Shown in pieces: positions 7,793-16,445 of a stretch of 64,000 bases of DNA. The stretch covers positions 11,748 to 75,747 of the forward strand of contig JAKJEF010000001.1 of NCBI GenBank assembly GCA_022705565.1. The letters are read 5' to 3'. How positions within the stretch are numbered: the first letter of the stretch is position 1; every line of letters begins with the position of its first letter. The translations under genes and the position numbers were made by a program. This stretch comes from Patescibacteria group bacterium (GTDB lineage Bacteria > Patescibacteriota > Minisyncoccia > UBA6257 > Colwellbacteraceae). The notes under the pieces were generated by a model. That model had not been told where the DNA came from. It ran no database searches and saw nothing but the letters and a program-made list of their open reading frames with translations.

Positions 7793-8479
7793 TCAATAGC
7801 TTAGGGACTGAACAATAGAAATAACGATCGAGTCAAGGAGGTTGATAGCTTCCGGATATACCCCAACCAGAATGACAGCGTCAACTCCTTCTCCCCAGTC
7901 GTTGGTGAGGGGACGACTACCCAAAGTGCCGATTATCGTATTAGCCGGCACTTTAATACTACCAGGAAGTCTTGCGGCTTCATCCTCTGTCTCGATGATA
8001 CTAGCGTTAGCAATCTGTTCGGCTAACTCGCTAGTAAGTTGAACACCAAATAGTGCAAGCTCCCAACCGCTTCCGTAAACAACAAGGCATTCTTCCGAGT
8101 CTGGTTTGTTATCCTTTTCTTCGGGCAGAGCGTCCCAGATACCTTGACACAGAACGACATCAACATTCACCGATACCTCATTTTTCTCGAGCGATCCCTC
8201 CGGCGACTTATAGGTAATAGTGAACGCAAAAGCATTGAGGGGCTTTGCTACAGCCTCTCCTTTCTCGCTGAAGCTCACTAGCTTCAGTTTGGGTTCTGCG
8301 GGTTTCGGATCAACAGAATCAGGCTTCACCGGATCTTCGGGTTTAACCGGATCTTTCGCGGTCGGAGTAACACTAGAAGTTGGTGGAAAGCTCTGAAATA
8401 CCGACAAAACAGCAAAAAGAAAAAACACGATGATCAGAACCAATGCGACAATCCTCGTCCTATTCTTTCTTCCTTTCAC
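7793..8479 (-). CDS. N-terminally membrane-anchored protein (228 aa), partner of the Cys-rich gene
   Basis: GTG start preceded by GAGGAGG. Single TM segment IVALVLIIVFFLFAVLSVF, then a Pro/Lys/Asp-rich linker and a C-terminal domain. Positional analog of 47349..47912. Confidence 0.6.
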   Translation of the reverse strand: MKGRKNRTRIVALVLIIVFFLFAVLSVFQSFPPTSSVTPTAKDPVKPEDPVKPDSVDPKPAEPKLKLVSFSEKGEAVAKPLNAFAFTITYKSPEGSLEKNEVSVNVDVVLCQGIWDALPEEKDNKPDSEECLVVYGSGWELALFGVQLTSELAEQIANASIIETEDEAARLPGSIKVPANTIIGTLGSRPLTNDWGEGVDAVILVGVYPEAINLLDSIVISIVQSLSY

Positions 8480-8583
8480 TTCTCGCTAGCCTCCTCTCTT
8501 CAAGATTGTCTGCAGTTGTGAAATTAACTGCTTATGATTTTTTCATAGCATAAACAGGGAAGATTGTCAAAATATCCGGTTTT

Positions 8584-9042
8584 CTAATCTTTGTGATCGG
8601 CGATCAATGTGCCGTTCAGATGATCGGTTTCGTGCTGGAATATTCTTGCGAGTAATCCCCAGGCTTTGATTTTCAGTTTTTTGCCGTTTTTATCCTGTCC
8701 GACAAGCGTTACTTGGTAAGGTCGTTTGATGCTTTTTTCCATTTCGGGAACGCTCAAGCATCCTTCTTCGCATTCGTCCATTTGCTTCGAAACACTCGTA
8801 ATTTCCGGATTGAAAATAACGTAAAACTTGCCTTCGTTCTGGGCGACGAACATCCGCCAGTCCAAACCGATCTGATTCGCCGAAAGCCCGACGCCTTTGT
8901 TCTCCTGCATCAACTTCCGCATTTTTTTGGCAACTTCGGCAATCTTCTTTTTGTCGGCTTTCTTGAAATCGAAATCCGGCACCCGTCCGTGAAGGATCTT
9001 GGCTTCGGATTTTTTATCTTCTACGGTGACTATCTTCATCAT
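8584..9042 (-). CDS. def: peptide deformylase
   Basis: Motifs GVGLSANQIG, EGCLSVP and QHETDHLNG (the HExxH metal site). Confidence 0.9.
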   Translation of the reverse strand: MMKIVTVEDKKSEAKILHGRVPDFDFKKADKKKIAEVAKKMRKLMQENKGVGLSANQIGLDWRMFVAQNEGKFYVIFNPEITSVSKQMDECEEGCLSVPEMEKSIKRPYQVTLVGQDKNGKKLKIKAWGLLARIFQHETDHLNGTLIADHKD

Positions 9043-9331
9043 CTTTTTCTTTTTGCCAGATGGCCATGAAATAGGCCCCTTTGTTCTTGATGTTCTTTTT
9101 CTCGGCGATCGATTTGGCGAGGCTCAAAAGCCTGTCTTCGTTAAACTCCTTCGCCAATTTGATATATAAGGATTTGTGGGCTCTATCGTCAAGGAGCTCG
9201 GCCATTTCGAGGCCGACCAACTGGTGTCGGGTGTAAACCCGGGATTCTTTGGCCCTTTCCTTTATTTTCCGGAAATAATCCGCGAAATCCCGCTTTTTTT
9301 CCTTTTTCCGGCCGGTTTTCATCGATTCCAT
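9014..9331 (-). CDS. hypothetical protein (105 aa)
   Basis: The ORF overlaps the def start by 29 nt and diverges from thpR with only 15 nt between start codons. No recognised domain. The start may lie further in. Confidence 0.35.
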   Translation of the reverse strand: MESMKTGRKKEKKRDFADYFRKIKERAKESRVYTRHQLVGLEMAELLDDRAHKSLYIKLAKEFNEDRLLSLAKSIAEKKNIKNKGAYFMAIWQKEKDDEDSHRRR

Positions 9332-9333
9332 TA

Positions 9334-9339
9334 TATAAT
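9334..9339 (+). promoter_or_regulatory. putative -10 box (TATAAT) 7 nt upstream of the thpR ATG
   Basis: ccattaTATAATactctcgATG, with no SD. Confidence 0.35.
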
Positions 9340-9346
9340 ACTCTCG

Positions 9347-9910
9347 ATGGATAAAAGAGTCTTCGCGGGAATCAATCTTCCTTTGGAAACAAAAGCAAAA
9401 ATCGAAGCGGCTTTGTTCGAAGCCGAACCTTTATGGAAGGGGATTATAAGCCCGAGAATCCTGGATCGGGAAAACTGGCATATCACTATGGGGTTTTTCG
9501 GGAAGAAAAGCGAGGCGGAGATCGAGCTTATCAAAGAAGCGATCGAAGAAACCGCCTCGGCTTTTCCTTTGCCGGAAATAAAATTAAAAAGAATCGTCTT
9601 TGGTCCGACCAAGGCTCGTGAAGCGAGAATGATCTGGCTCGAAGTCGAATCTAAAGATCTCAAGAATGTCAAAGAATCTTTCGATCGAAATCTCGAAAAA
9701 CGCGGAGTGATTTTGGAAAACAAAAAGTTTTCTCCGCACATCACTTTGGCGAGATTCGAGCCGATAGATTTCGACCGTTTACCACCTCTTAAAAAAGAAG
9801 TCGATCTCGATTTCCGGGCAAAGTCTCTTGATCTTATGGAGTCCGTATTATCGAGCAAAGGATCGACTTATACCTTGATTTCGGAAATAGACTTTGGAGG
9901 GGTAAAATAG
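9347..9910 (+). CDS. thpR: RNA 2',3'-cyclic phosphodiesterase / 2'-5' RNA ligase family (LigT/ThpR)
   Basis: Two H-x-T-x motifs (HITMGFFG and HITLARF). Start set at the internal ATG 9347 (MDKRVFAGINLP); the ORF-track 5' extension is judged non-coding. Confidence 0.8.
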   Translation: MDKRVFAGINLPLETKAKIEAALFEAEPLWKGIISPRILDRENWHITMGFFGKKSEAEIELIKEAIEETASAFPLPEIKLKRIVFGPTKAREARMIWLEVESKDLKNVKESFDRNLEKRGVILENKKFSPHITLARFEPIDFDRLPPLKKEVDLDFRAKSLDLMESVLSSKGSTYTLISEIDFGGVK

Positions 9911-9920
9911 TAAAATCCCT

Positions 9921-11165
9921 ATGATGAACCAGCTGCCGAAAAAGAGAATCCTTATTGTCGTTGTTCTCGCCCTTTTGCTTGCGGTCTCGACCGCCGGCTC
10001 TTTTTATGTCGGCTACCGTAAAGGCCTCGAGGAGACGAAAATCATCGAAATCAAAGGCGTGGCCGACATCAATCCGAACGAGGAGGTTTCGGCCGATTTC
10101 GGGGTATTTTGGCAAGCCTGGGACAAGATAAAATCCAAATACGTCAAAGCCAAAGACATCAAGGACCAGGATCTGGTTTACGGAGCGATCAGCGGCATGC
10201 TCGAAAGTCTCGGCGATCCTTATACCGTTTTCATGAATCCGGAAGAAGCCCAGAAATTCACCGAGGACGTTAACGGCAATTTCGGCGGCATCGGAGCCGA
10301 ACTGGAAAACCAGGGAGATTACGTCGTGGTCGTGGCGCCGCTCAAAGGAACTCCGGCCGAACGGGCCGGAATAAAACCCGGCGACATCATTCTGAAAGCC
10401 GGAGACACGGAATTGACCGATGTCGATGTTTTGGAGGCGGTAAAAGTGATCCGGGGAGAGCCGGGAACAAAAATCATTCTTTCCGTCATGCGCGAAGGAT
10501 TCACCGCACCCAAGGATTTCGAGATCACGAGGGAAATCATCGAGGTTCCGACCCTCGAGTGGTCCTGGCTCGATGATAAGATCGTCCACATCGAACTTTA
10601 CGGATTCAATCAGAACGCACCCGTCGCTTTTTACCGAGCCATCCTCGAGACCGTGCCCCAGGACACCAAGGGAATCGTCCTCGATTTGAGGAACAATCCC
10701 GGCGGATACCTTGATGTCGCCGTAAACATCGCCGGCTGGTTCCTTAAGCCCGGCGAAACCGTCGTCTCCGAGAAATTCGCGAACGGCGATCTCGACGTGC
10801 TGCGGGCTTCGGGAAACGGAGCTCTCCAAAACATGCCGACGATCGTTCTCGTGAACAGCGGTTCGGCTTCGGCTTCGGAGATCCTGGCCGGCGCGCTCCG
10901 CGACAACCGCAACGTTAAAATCGTCGGCGAAAAGACTTTCGGCAAAGGATCGGTGCAGACGATCGAGGACCTGAAGGACGGGTCGGTCCTGAAAGTGACG
11001 ATCGCGAGCTGGGTGACGCCCAAAGGATTGATTTTGAACGGCAACGGCATCGAACCCGATTACGAAGTCAAAATCACCGACGAAGACGCGGAAAACGACC
11101 GCGACCCGCAGCTCGAAAAAGCGCTCGAAATCCTGGAATCGCAAATCACGGCGACAGGAAATTAA
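9921..11165 (+). CDS. carboxyl-terminal processing protease (S41 peptidase with PDZ domain)
   Basis: PDZ region GIKPGDIILKAGDTELTD. S41 core GIVLDLRNNPGGYL...NSGSASASEILAGAL...GEKTFGKGSVQ. N-terminal TM anchor. Confidence 0.85.
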   Translation: MMNQLPKKRILIVVVLALLLAVSTAGSFYVGYRKGLEETKIIEIKGVADINPNEEVSADFGVFWQAWDKIKSKYVKAKDIKDQDLVYGAISGMLESLGDPYTVFMNPEEAQKFTEDVNGNFGGIGAELENQGDYVVVVAPLKGTPAERAGIKPGDIILKAGDTELTDVDVLEAVKVIRGEPGTKIILSVMREGFTAPKDFEITREIIEVPTLEWSWLDDKIVHIELYGFNQNAPVAFYRAILETVPQDTKGIVLDLRNNPGGYLDVAVNIAGWFLKPGETVVSEKFANGDLDVLRASGNGALQNMPTIVLVNSGSASASEILAGALRDNRNVKIVGEKTFGKGSVQTIEDLKDGSVLKVTIASWVTPKGLILNGNGIEPDYEVKITDEDAENDRDPQLEKALEILESQITATGN

Positions 11166-11178
11166 TTTTCAAAAACAA

Positions 11179-11613
11179 ATGAAAGTCATTCTTCTCGAAG
11201 ACATCAAGAATGTCGGCCGCAGGCACGAAGTGAAGAACGTTTCTGACGGCTATGCCCGGAACATGCTTTTTCCGAGGAAAATGGCGGTTTTGGCCACGCC
11301 CGAGGAAATGAGAAAAATAGAAAAAGAAAAACAAACGGCCGAGACCGAGGAAAAGGAATCGATGGCTAAGCTGAAATCCGTCACCGAAGGCGAGCCGATC
11401 AAGTTCTACCTCAAAACCGGTGACAAAGGGGAAATCTACACCTCGATCAAATCAGAGGACATCGAACAAGAACTCCGGAGAAGGGGACTCGGAGAGGTCA
11501 AAGTAAAGCTTCCGAAACCGATAAAAAATCTCGGCCTTTTCGAGGTCGAGATCAATTTGCGGAAAGGGGTCGCCGGAAAAGTTAAGATTTCGGCAGAACC
11601 TTCACCCAAGTAG
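11179..11613 (+). CDS. rplI: 50S ribosomal protein L9
   Basis: [32 protein letters not shown] matches the L9 N-domain. Confidence 0.85.
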   Translation: MKVILLEDIKNVGRRHEVKNVSDGYARNMLFPRKMAVLATPEEMRKIEKEKQTAETEEKESMAKLKSVTEGEPIKFYLKTGDKGEIYTSIKSEDIEQELRRRGLGEVKVKLPKPIKNLGLFEVEINLRKGVAGKVKISAEPSPK

Positions 11614-11863
11614 CGTATCTTATTTTGGAATTGAACCGCGTTTTCTTGCCCTTGGAATACTGGACCACGCCTTCGATTTTGGAATAGAGAGTATCGTCTC
11701 CGGCTCTCAAGACATTGTCTCCGGGAATATAGCGGGTTCCTCTTTGGCGAAGCAAAATCTGACCGGGTTTGACCGGTTCTCCGTGGTTCTTCTTTACTCC
11801 CAATCTTTTAGCCTCGGAATCCCGTCCTAACTTTGTGGATCCGAGGGCTTTTGTATGAGCCAT
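11582..11863 (-). CDS. rpmA: 50S ribosomal protein L27
   Basis: [24 protein letters not shown]...[13 protein letters not shown]. Convergent with rplI; their 3' ends overlap by 32 nt. Confidence 0.9.
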   Translation of the reverse strand: MAHTKALGSTKLGRDSEAKRLGVKKNHGEPVKPGQILLRQRGTRYIPGDNVLRAGDDTLYSKIEGVVQYSKGKKTRFNSKIRYATWVKVLPKS

Positions 11864-11880
11864 AACAAAATAATGATAAT

Positions 11881-12030
11881 ATGAAATTCATGGACCTGTC
11901 AACCGGAAAAACAAGGATTTTCCTCGCTGTCGTCGGGGTTTTGATCCTGAGTTTGGCTTTCGGGTTGGGGTATTTTTCGGGTCAGAGTTTTTGCCGGAAT
12001 CCGATCGTTATCGAAACATGCGCCGATTGA
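11881..12030 (+). CDS. possible small membrane protein (49 aa)
   Basis: Manually found [40 protein letters not shown]..., with its stop overlapping the next gene start. No SD. Weak. Confidence 0.2.
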   Translation: MKFMDLSTGKTRIFLAVVGVLILSLAFGLGYFSGQSFCRNPIVIETCAD

Positions 12031-12722
12031 TTTCCGTTTCCACGGGTTGTTTCTACAAACTCGGCGTTTCCAAAGAAGAAATCTTCGGACGCCTCAAGGC
12101 TTTGGACATCGACGGCGTCGAAGTACTTTTCAATAAGCCGCAGGACGTTTTCGATTTTGAAATATCCGAAGATAATTCGGATTTCCTTAGAAGCTTGTCT
12201 TTTGTCACGATCCATGCGCCGGACAACGACTTGGAAAACCCGGCGGCGATCGAGGTTTTAAACCGGTTGGATCATATTTATCGGCTGATCTACGCCAAAA
12301 ACATCGTTTTTCACGTACGCAAAGACGACGACTTGAGTATTTTCTTCAATTACGGCTTTAAAGCATCCATGGAAAATGACGATTGGAGAAAAGAGAAAGA
12401 GACGAATACCGTCCCCAGTATCGAGCGCCTGCTCCGCATTTATCCGCGCCTGGGATTTGTTCTTGATGTCGGACACGCCGATTCGGTCGATCCGGCCGAC
12501 GCCGAAAAATACGCCGATCGTTTTAAAGACAGGATCACGGAGATCCATCTATCCCGTGTCGATAAAGAAAAACGCGAACACGATTTTATGAATCGACACC
12601 GAGAATCGTTGAATAAAAAAGTATTCGAGGCGACGCGAGTGCCGATAATCATCGAAGGAGCGCTTCAGAACGAAAACGTGTCAGCGCTTCAAAAGGAAAT
12701 CGAACTGGCCCGGAAACTTTAG
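12018..12722 (+). CDS. xylose-isomerase-like TIM-barrel protein (sugar phosphate isomerase/epimerase or AP-endonuclease family 2-like)
   Basis: Motifs TIHAPDN, VFHVRKD, LDVGHAD, EIHLSRVD in the spacing of this TIM-barrel superfamily. Start set at the internal ATG ([12 protein letters not shown]). Confidence 0.55.
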   Translation: MRRLISVSTGCFYKLGVSKEEIFGRLKALDIDGVEVLFNKPQDVFDFEISEDNSDFLRSLSFVTIHAPDNDLENPAAIEVLNRLDHIYRLIYAKNIVFHVRKDDDLSIFFNYGFKASMENDDWRKEKETNTVPSIERLLRIYPRLGFVLDVGHADSVDPADAEKYADRFKDRITEIHLSRVDKEKREHDFMNRHRESLNKKVFEATRVPIIIEGALQNENVSALQKEIELARKL

Positions 12723-13477
12723 AGGTATCCGATTTGCTTCAGCCAGTATTCGTTCTCCCATTCCCAGAGTTTTTTGGCTCCGAGGAAGGCTTGATAGTCG
12801 TCGATGAAGTAGGGGAATTCCTGGAGTTCGACTTCGCCTTTGATCTCGGACCATTCGTGCTCGCAGAGATTCGGATTCCGGCCGTTCAGGCCTTTTATTT
12901 TTTCCCGGCCGCCTTTGACGCGCCTGGTAGCTCCGCACTTCGCGCATTTCTGGTTTTGGTCGATCCTCAAGATCCACCTTGTCGAAAGGTCGCGCATTTC
13001 CTTTTGGAGCGGAACGAGATAGGCCGAGGTTTGGAGATTGTAGTCCCGGTAAATGGCCTGGGAAGTTTTGATGTCGAGAACTCCGAATTTGCCGTCGATC
13101 GTCGCCAAAGCGTCGACGGTTCCGGCATAGCGGTCGTCGCGATTGATGACTTTGTGTTCGACCCAGTCGGGGTTGGCCACGATGCGTCGGGATTCGTTGA
13201 ATTTCAAGAAAGCATCGACCGCGGGTTTGACCCGAGGATCCGAAGAAGGGGAGTGCCCGAGCAGGATGTCTTCGATCGCTTCGTGGACCAAGGTGCCTTC
13301 GTCGGCCGATTGCTTTTTGATGGCTTCTCCTTCGTTGAAATTGGCGAGCTCGGCGTAATACCGGTAAAGGGCCGGTTTGGCTTTGATGTTCACGATACTC
13401 GTCACGCGGGGATACCAGACGTCTTCGAGCCCGTAGCCGTTGGCTTCTTTGAATTGATCGATGTTCGAGTAGTACAT
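12719..13477 (-). CDS. PD-(D/E)xK nuclease, RecB/Cas4-like, with C-terminal Cys cluster
   Basis: GTVDALATIDGKFGVLDIKTSQ...NLQTSAY (D...D-x-K-T plus the QxxxY motif). CAKCG...C...H cluster. Confidence 0.5.
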   Translation of the reverse strand: MYYSNIDQFKEANGYGLEDVWYPRVTSIVNIKAKPALYRYYAELANFNEGEAIKKQSADEGTLVHEAIEDILLGHSPSSDPRVKPAVDAFLKFNESRRIVANPDWVEHKVINRDDRYAGTVDALATIDGKFGVLDIKTSQAIYRDYNLQTSAYLVPLQKEMRDLSTRWILRIDQNQKCAKCGATRRVKGGREKIKGLNGRNPNLCEHEWSEIKGEVELQEFPYFIDDYQAFLGAKKLWEWENEYWLKQIGYL

Positions 13478-13481
13478 TCGG

Positions 13482-14831
13482 TTATTTTAATAGTTTGTCC
13501 GTCAAAGTGAAAATATCTCCGGCGCCCATCATCACGACGACGTTGTTTTTCTTGGCTTCTTTTATTTCCTCGAGGGTGATTCTGAGGATCTCGGCTCTTT
13601 CCGGAGAATCGGGAAGATAGCTTATGTCTTTGATCTTGTTAACGTTCGCGACGGCCATGGCCAGGTCTTCCGAAGTAATATTTTGCGACACTTCTTCTCG
13701 GCCGACAACCTGGTAAACGTCGAGAAGAATCAAATGATCCGCCTGGTTAAAAGCTTTGGCAAAGTCCTTGAAAAGCGCTTCCAGGCGTTTGGCCTGGTGC
13801 GGCTGGAAAACGCAGACCAGGTTGGAATCGGGAAATTTTTCCTTGAGCGCCTGGAGCGAGGCTTTGATCTCGGTCGGATGGTGGGCGTAATCGTCGAACA
13901 CCTTGAAACCGGATTTGGTTTCGCCGCGGTATTCGAGCCTCCGCCAGATGCCCTTGAATCCGGAAAGCGCCCGGAAAATAGTTTTCTCGTCTATGCCGAG
14001 GTTCAAAGCCAAAGTCATCGCTCCCAGGGCGTTCGAGACATTGTGCTTTCCCGGAACCCGCAAAAGATCTTTTATTATTTTACGACGCTTGTCTTTGATC
14101 GAATACCAGGCGATGTGGGTGTTTTTGAGCGACGGCAAAATGGAAACCAGATTCTCGTTGTCTTTGTTCAAAACAATGAATCCGTCTTTGTCGGCCTGGT
14201 TCAAAAACTTGATGAAGGATTTTTTGACGGCTCCGAGATCTTTGTAAAAATCCAGATGCTCGAGATCGATGTTCGTGACAAGAGCCGCCCAAGGACGGTA
14301 GTTCCAAAACGAACCGTCGTATTCGTCGGCCTCGACTATAAGGTAATCGCTCTTTCCAAACCTGAAATTGGAACCGTCGATTTTGCTTCCCAAGATCAGA
14401 GTCGGATCGAGTCCGGCTTCGATGAGGATTTTGGCGACCATGGCCGTGGTCGTGCTTTTACCGTGGGCTCCGGCCACGGCGATTGTTTTGTAATCGTTCA
14501 TGACCCGACCCAAAGCTTGGGCGTAGGTCAGAATCTCCATGTTTCTAACCTTGGCTTCTTTTATTTCCGGGTTTTGTGCCGGAATGGCCGCCGAATGGAT
14601 CAAAAGGCTGGCATTTGCCGGAATATTCGAGGATTTATGGCCAATTTTGACCTTGGCGCCTTTTTTAGTCAATCCCTTGAGTATTTGGCTATCTTGGATA
14701 TCCGAGCCGCTTACAGCCCAATTTTGGGCCAAAAACCAGGAAGCGAGGCTGCTCATGCCGATACCGCCGATACCGACGAAGTGGACAGCCTTGTAAGAAT
14801 CGGTTTTCTTGAATTTTGTTTTTTTAGACAC
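13482..14831 (-). CDS. murC: UDP-N-acetylmuramate--L-alanine ligase
   Basis: VHFVGIGGIGMSSLA and Mur ligase core motifs (GAHGKSTTTAM). Confidence 0.9.
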   Translation of the reverse strand: MSKKTKFKKTDSYKAVHFVGIGGIGMSSLASWFLAQNWAVSGSDIQDSQILKGLTKKGAKVKIGHKSSNIPANASLLIHSAAIPAQNPEIKEAKVRNMEILTYAQALGRVMNDYKTIAVAGAHGKSTTTAMVAKILIEAGLDPTLILGSKIDGSNFRFGKSDYLIVEADEYDGSFWNYRPWAALVTNIDLEHLDFYKDLGAVKKSFIKFLNQADKDGFIVLNKDNENLVSILPSLKNTHIAWYSIKDKRRKIIKDLLRVPGKHNVSNALGAMTLALNLGIDEKTIFRALSGFKGIWRRLEYRGETKSGFKVFDDYAHHPTEIKASLQALKEKFPDSNLVCVFQPHQAKRLEALFKDFAKAFNQADHLILLDVYQVVGREEVSQNITSEDLAMAVANVNKIKDISYLPDSPERAEILRITLEEIKEAKKNNVVVMMGAGDIFTLTDKLLK

Positions 14832-15102
14832 GTAAGCTTGAAAGAGGTTATGGCACGGCGTTAGCGACCGTGATAAGAAATATGATTCGTATAAACCAAT
14901 CGGTTGTTTTATAAAAATAAATATAGAGAAGGGCCGAACAAGGGTTTCCCGGAGAAGGACTGTCGTAAAAGGTATATTATGCGACGTATCACCAGACTTA
15001 AAGCTTGCTCTTCCCCGTCATGGCAGCTAACCGGAAAATCAATCCTTATACTTTTGAAAACAACTTATCCATTAGTATACAATCGTCCTTTAAGCTAAGC
15101 AA

Positions 15103-15140
15103 TTTGTTTTTTACCAAAAGCTCCCGGAATGTCGGGAGCT
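15103..15140 (-). terminator. rho-independent terminator
   Basis: Minus strand: AGCTCCCG-ACATTC-CGGGAGCT followed by TTTGGTAAAAAAC. Confidence 0.55.
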
Positions 15141-15168
15141 TGAAAGCAGTCAAGAACCTTCTCCCCTC

Positions 15169-15684
15169 TTATTTGTCGAAGAAGGTGATTTTAATCGCTT
15201 CGAATTCGTCTTTGAACAAAATATCCCGATTGGTTTCTCCCTCGGCAAGACCGACGCTTATGGCCGTACCGGCTTTGATGTTTCTAATATCGTCGGGCGC
15301 CAGGTTTCGTCCATTATTCATAAAAAACACTTCCGCGTTTTCGACAGATATCGTGATAAGTTTGGAGTCGAATGGCGCTTCGGGATATATCTTTAAAACA
15401 TCGGCCCTGAGAACAATCGTTTGTCCGGCGATATCGGGATCGTTGTCGACTATCCCATCGATAACCCCGATCGGGAATGCCGGGTTGGCCACCAGAGTTC
15501 TACCTTGGAATTCAACGGGACTTTCCTGAGAAGAATTGTTATTCAATTCCATTTGATTCTCCTGTTGGAAAAACAAACCTCGTTGACTCTTCAGATTATA
15601 AACAAGAACTCCTACGACCACCGCTATGACCATCGCCGAAACAGCGACAAACGTATAAAATTTTTTGGCCTCACTTTTTTTCAT
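15169..15684 (-). CDS. membrane-anchored hypothetical protein (171 aa)
   Basis: N-terminal TM segment FYTFVAVSAMVIAVVVGVLVY. Terminator immediately downstream. Confidence 0.5.
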   Translation of the reverse strand: MKKSEAKKFYTFVAVSAMVIAVVVGVLVYNLKSQRGLFFQQENQMELNNNSSQESPVEFQGRTLVANPAFPIGVIDGIVDNDPDIAGQTIVLRADVLKIYPEAPFDSKLITISVENAEVFFMNNGRNLAPDDIRNIKAGTAISVGLAEGETNRDILFKDEFEAIKITFFDK

Positions 15685-15758
15685 TTTTTTATTTGAACGA
15701 TTTATTTTTCTTCAATGTTTTTATTGTAGCATTTTTTATAAAATTCCCCCGGGATCGT

Positions 15759-16445
15759 TTATTCGTCCGGGGTCCAGAATCTGTATTTCACGAGAGCCAT
15801 GATCGCCCGTAGGCCGTCGATCGGCCTGATCTTTTTCCCTTGTTCCATTGTCCTTGGCCGATAATTGATCGGCACCTCTATGATACGCGCTCCTTTGATC
15901 GTTGCTTTGGCCGTAACTTCCTCGCAGAATTCGAATCTCGGTTCGTCGAGGGGAATGGATTTGAAAAACTCCGCTTCGAACCCCTTATAACAAGTGTTTA
16001 TGTCGGTGAGTCTTGTGCCGTAGATCATGTTTCCGGTCGCCGTGACCAGCCTTCCGCCGAGATAGAAGGAGAACGAATGCCGGGGATTGTTTTTTAGATT
16101 GCGTGATCCGTAAACGACTTTTTCTTTTTCTTCCAAAATCGGCCCCAAAACCGCGGGATAATCGTTCGGATCGTATTCGAGGTCTCCGTCCTGGATGATG
16201 ACCGCTTTTCCGGCCACGGCCTGTTGGGCGCTCTTGATGGCCGCTCCCTTTCCTTTGTTTTTGTCGTGGACAATCAATGTGAATTCGAATTCATACTTCA
16301 AGCGGCCGAGTTCTTCCGAAGTTCCGTCGGTCGACGCGTCGTCGACGACAATGATCTGTTTTTCGTAGGGCGCCGCCGTTACGGCCCGCAAACAGTTCTC
16401 GATGGTCTCTTTTTCGTTGAATACGGGTATGATGATGGTGATCAT
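15759..16445 (-). CDS. family 2 glycosyltransferase (DPM1-like polyprenol-phosphate sugar synthase type)
   Basis: IIIPVFNEKETI...VVDDASTDGT...DGDLEYDP (GT2 DxD-type core) in a protein of about 228 aa. Confidence 0.8.
   Translation of the reverse strand: MITIIIPVFNEKETIENCLRAVTAAPYEKQIIVVDDASTDGTSEELGRLKYEFEFTLIVHDKNKGKGAAIKSAQQAVAGKAVIIQDGDLEYDPNDYPAVLGPILEEKEKVVYGSRNLKNNPRHSFSFYLGGRLVTATGNMIYGTRLTDINTCYKGFEAEFFKSIPLDEPRFEFCEEVTAKATIKGARIIEVPINYRPRTMEQGKKIRPIDGLRAIMALVKYRFWTPDE

Noticed and set aside
8542-8570. TTGACA-17-TATGAA promoter upstream of the 228-aa partner gene
   Set aside because: The -10 hexamer lacks the conserved final T, so it is too weak to call. The good SD plus GTG start is the better evidence for that gene.
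9834-11144. 436-aa antisense ORF opposite ctpA. Similar long antisense ORFs occur elsewhere: 13683..14864 (murC), 16829..17953 (radical SAM), 23517..24956 (gltX), 32409..33179, 42121..43005 (pgk), 43333..44340 (SIMPL), 48328..49863 (mrdA), 50898..51758 (mreB), 55333..56181, 57903..59042 (secY).
   Set aside because: Each lies opposite a gene with unmistakable conserved motifs. Their products are low-complexity (R/G/D/F-rich) and match no family. They are best explained by codon bias that suppresses stop codons on the antisense frame.
14832-15100. 330-bp gap upstream of murC containing small ORFs (14904..15098, 15005..15529)
   Set aside because: The ORFs are short, basic or low-complexity, and lack SD and conservation cues. 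No RNA motif was recognised, so it is left as unassigned intergenic/promoter space.
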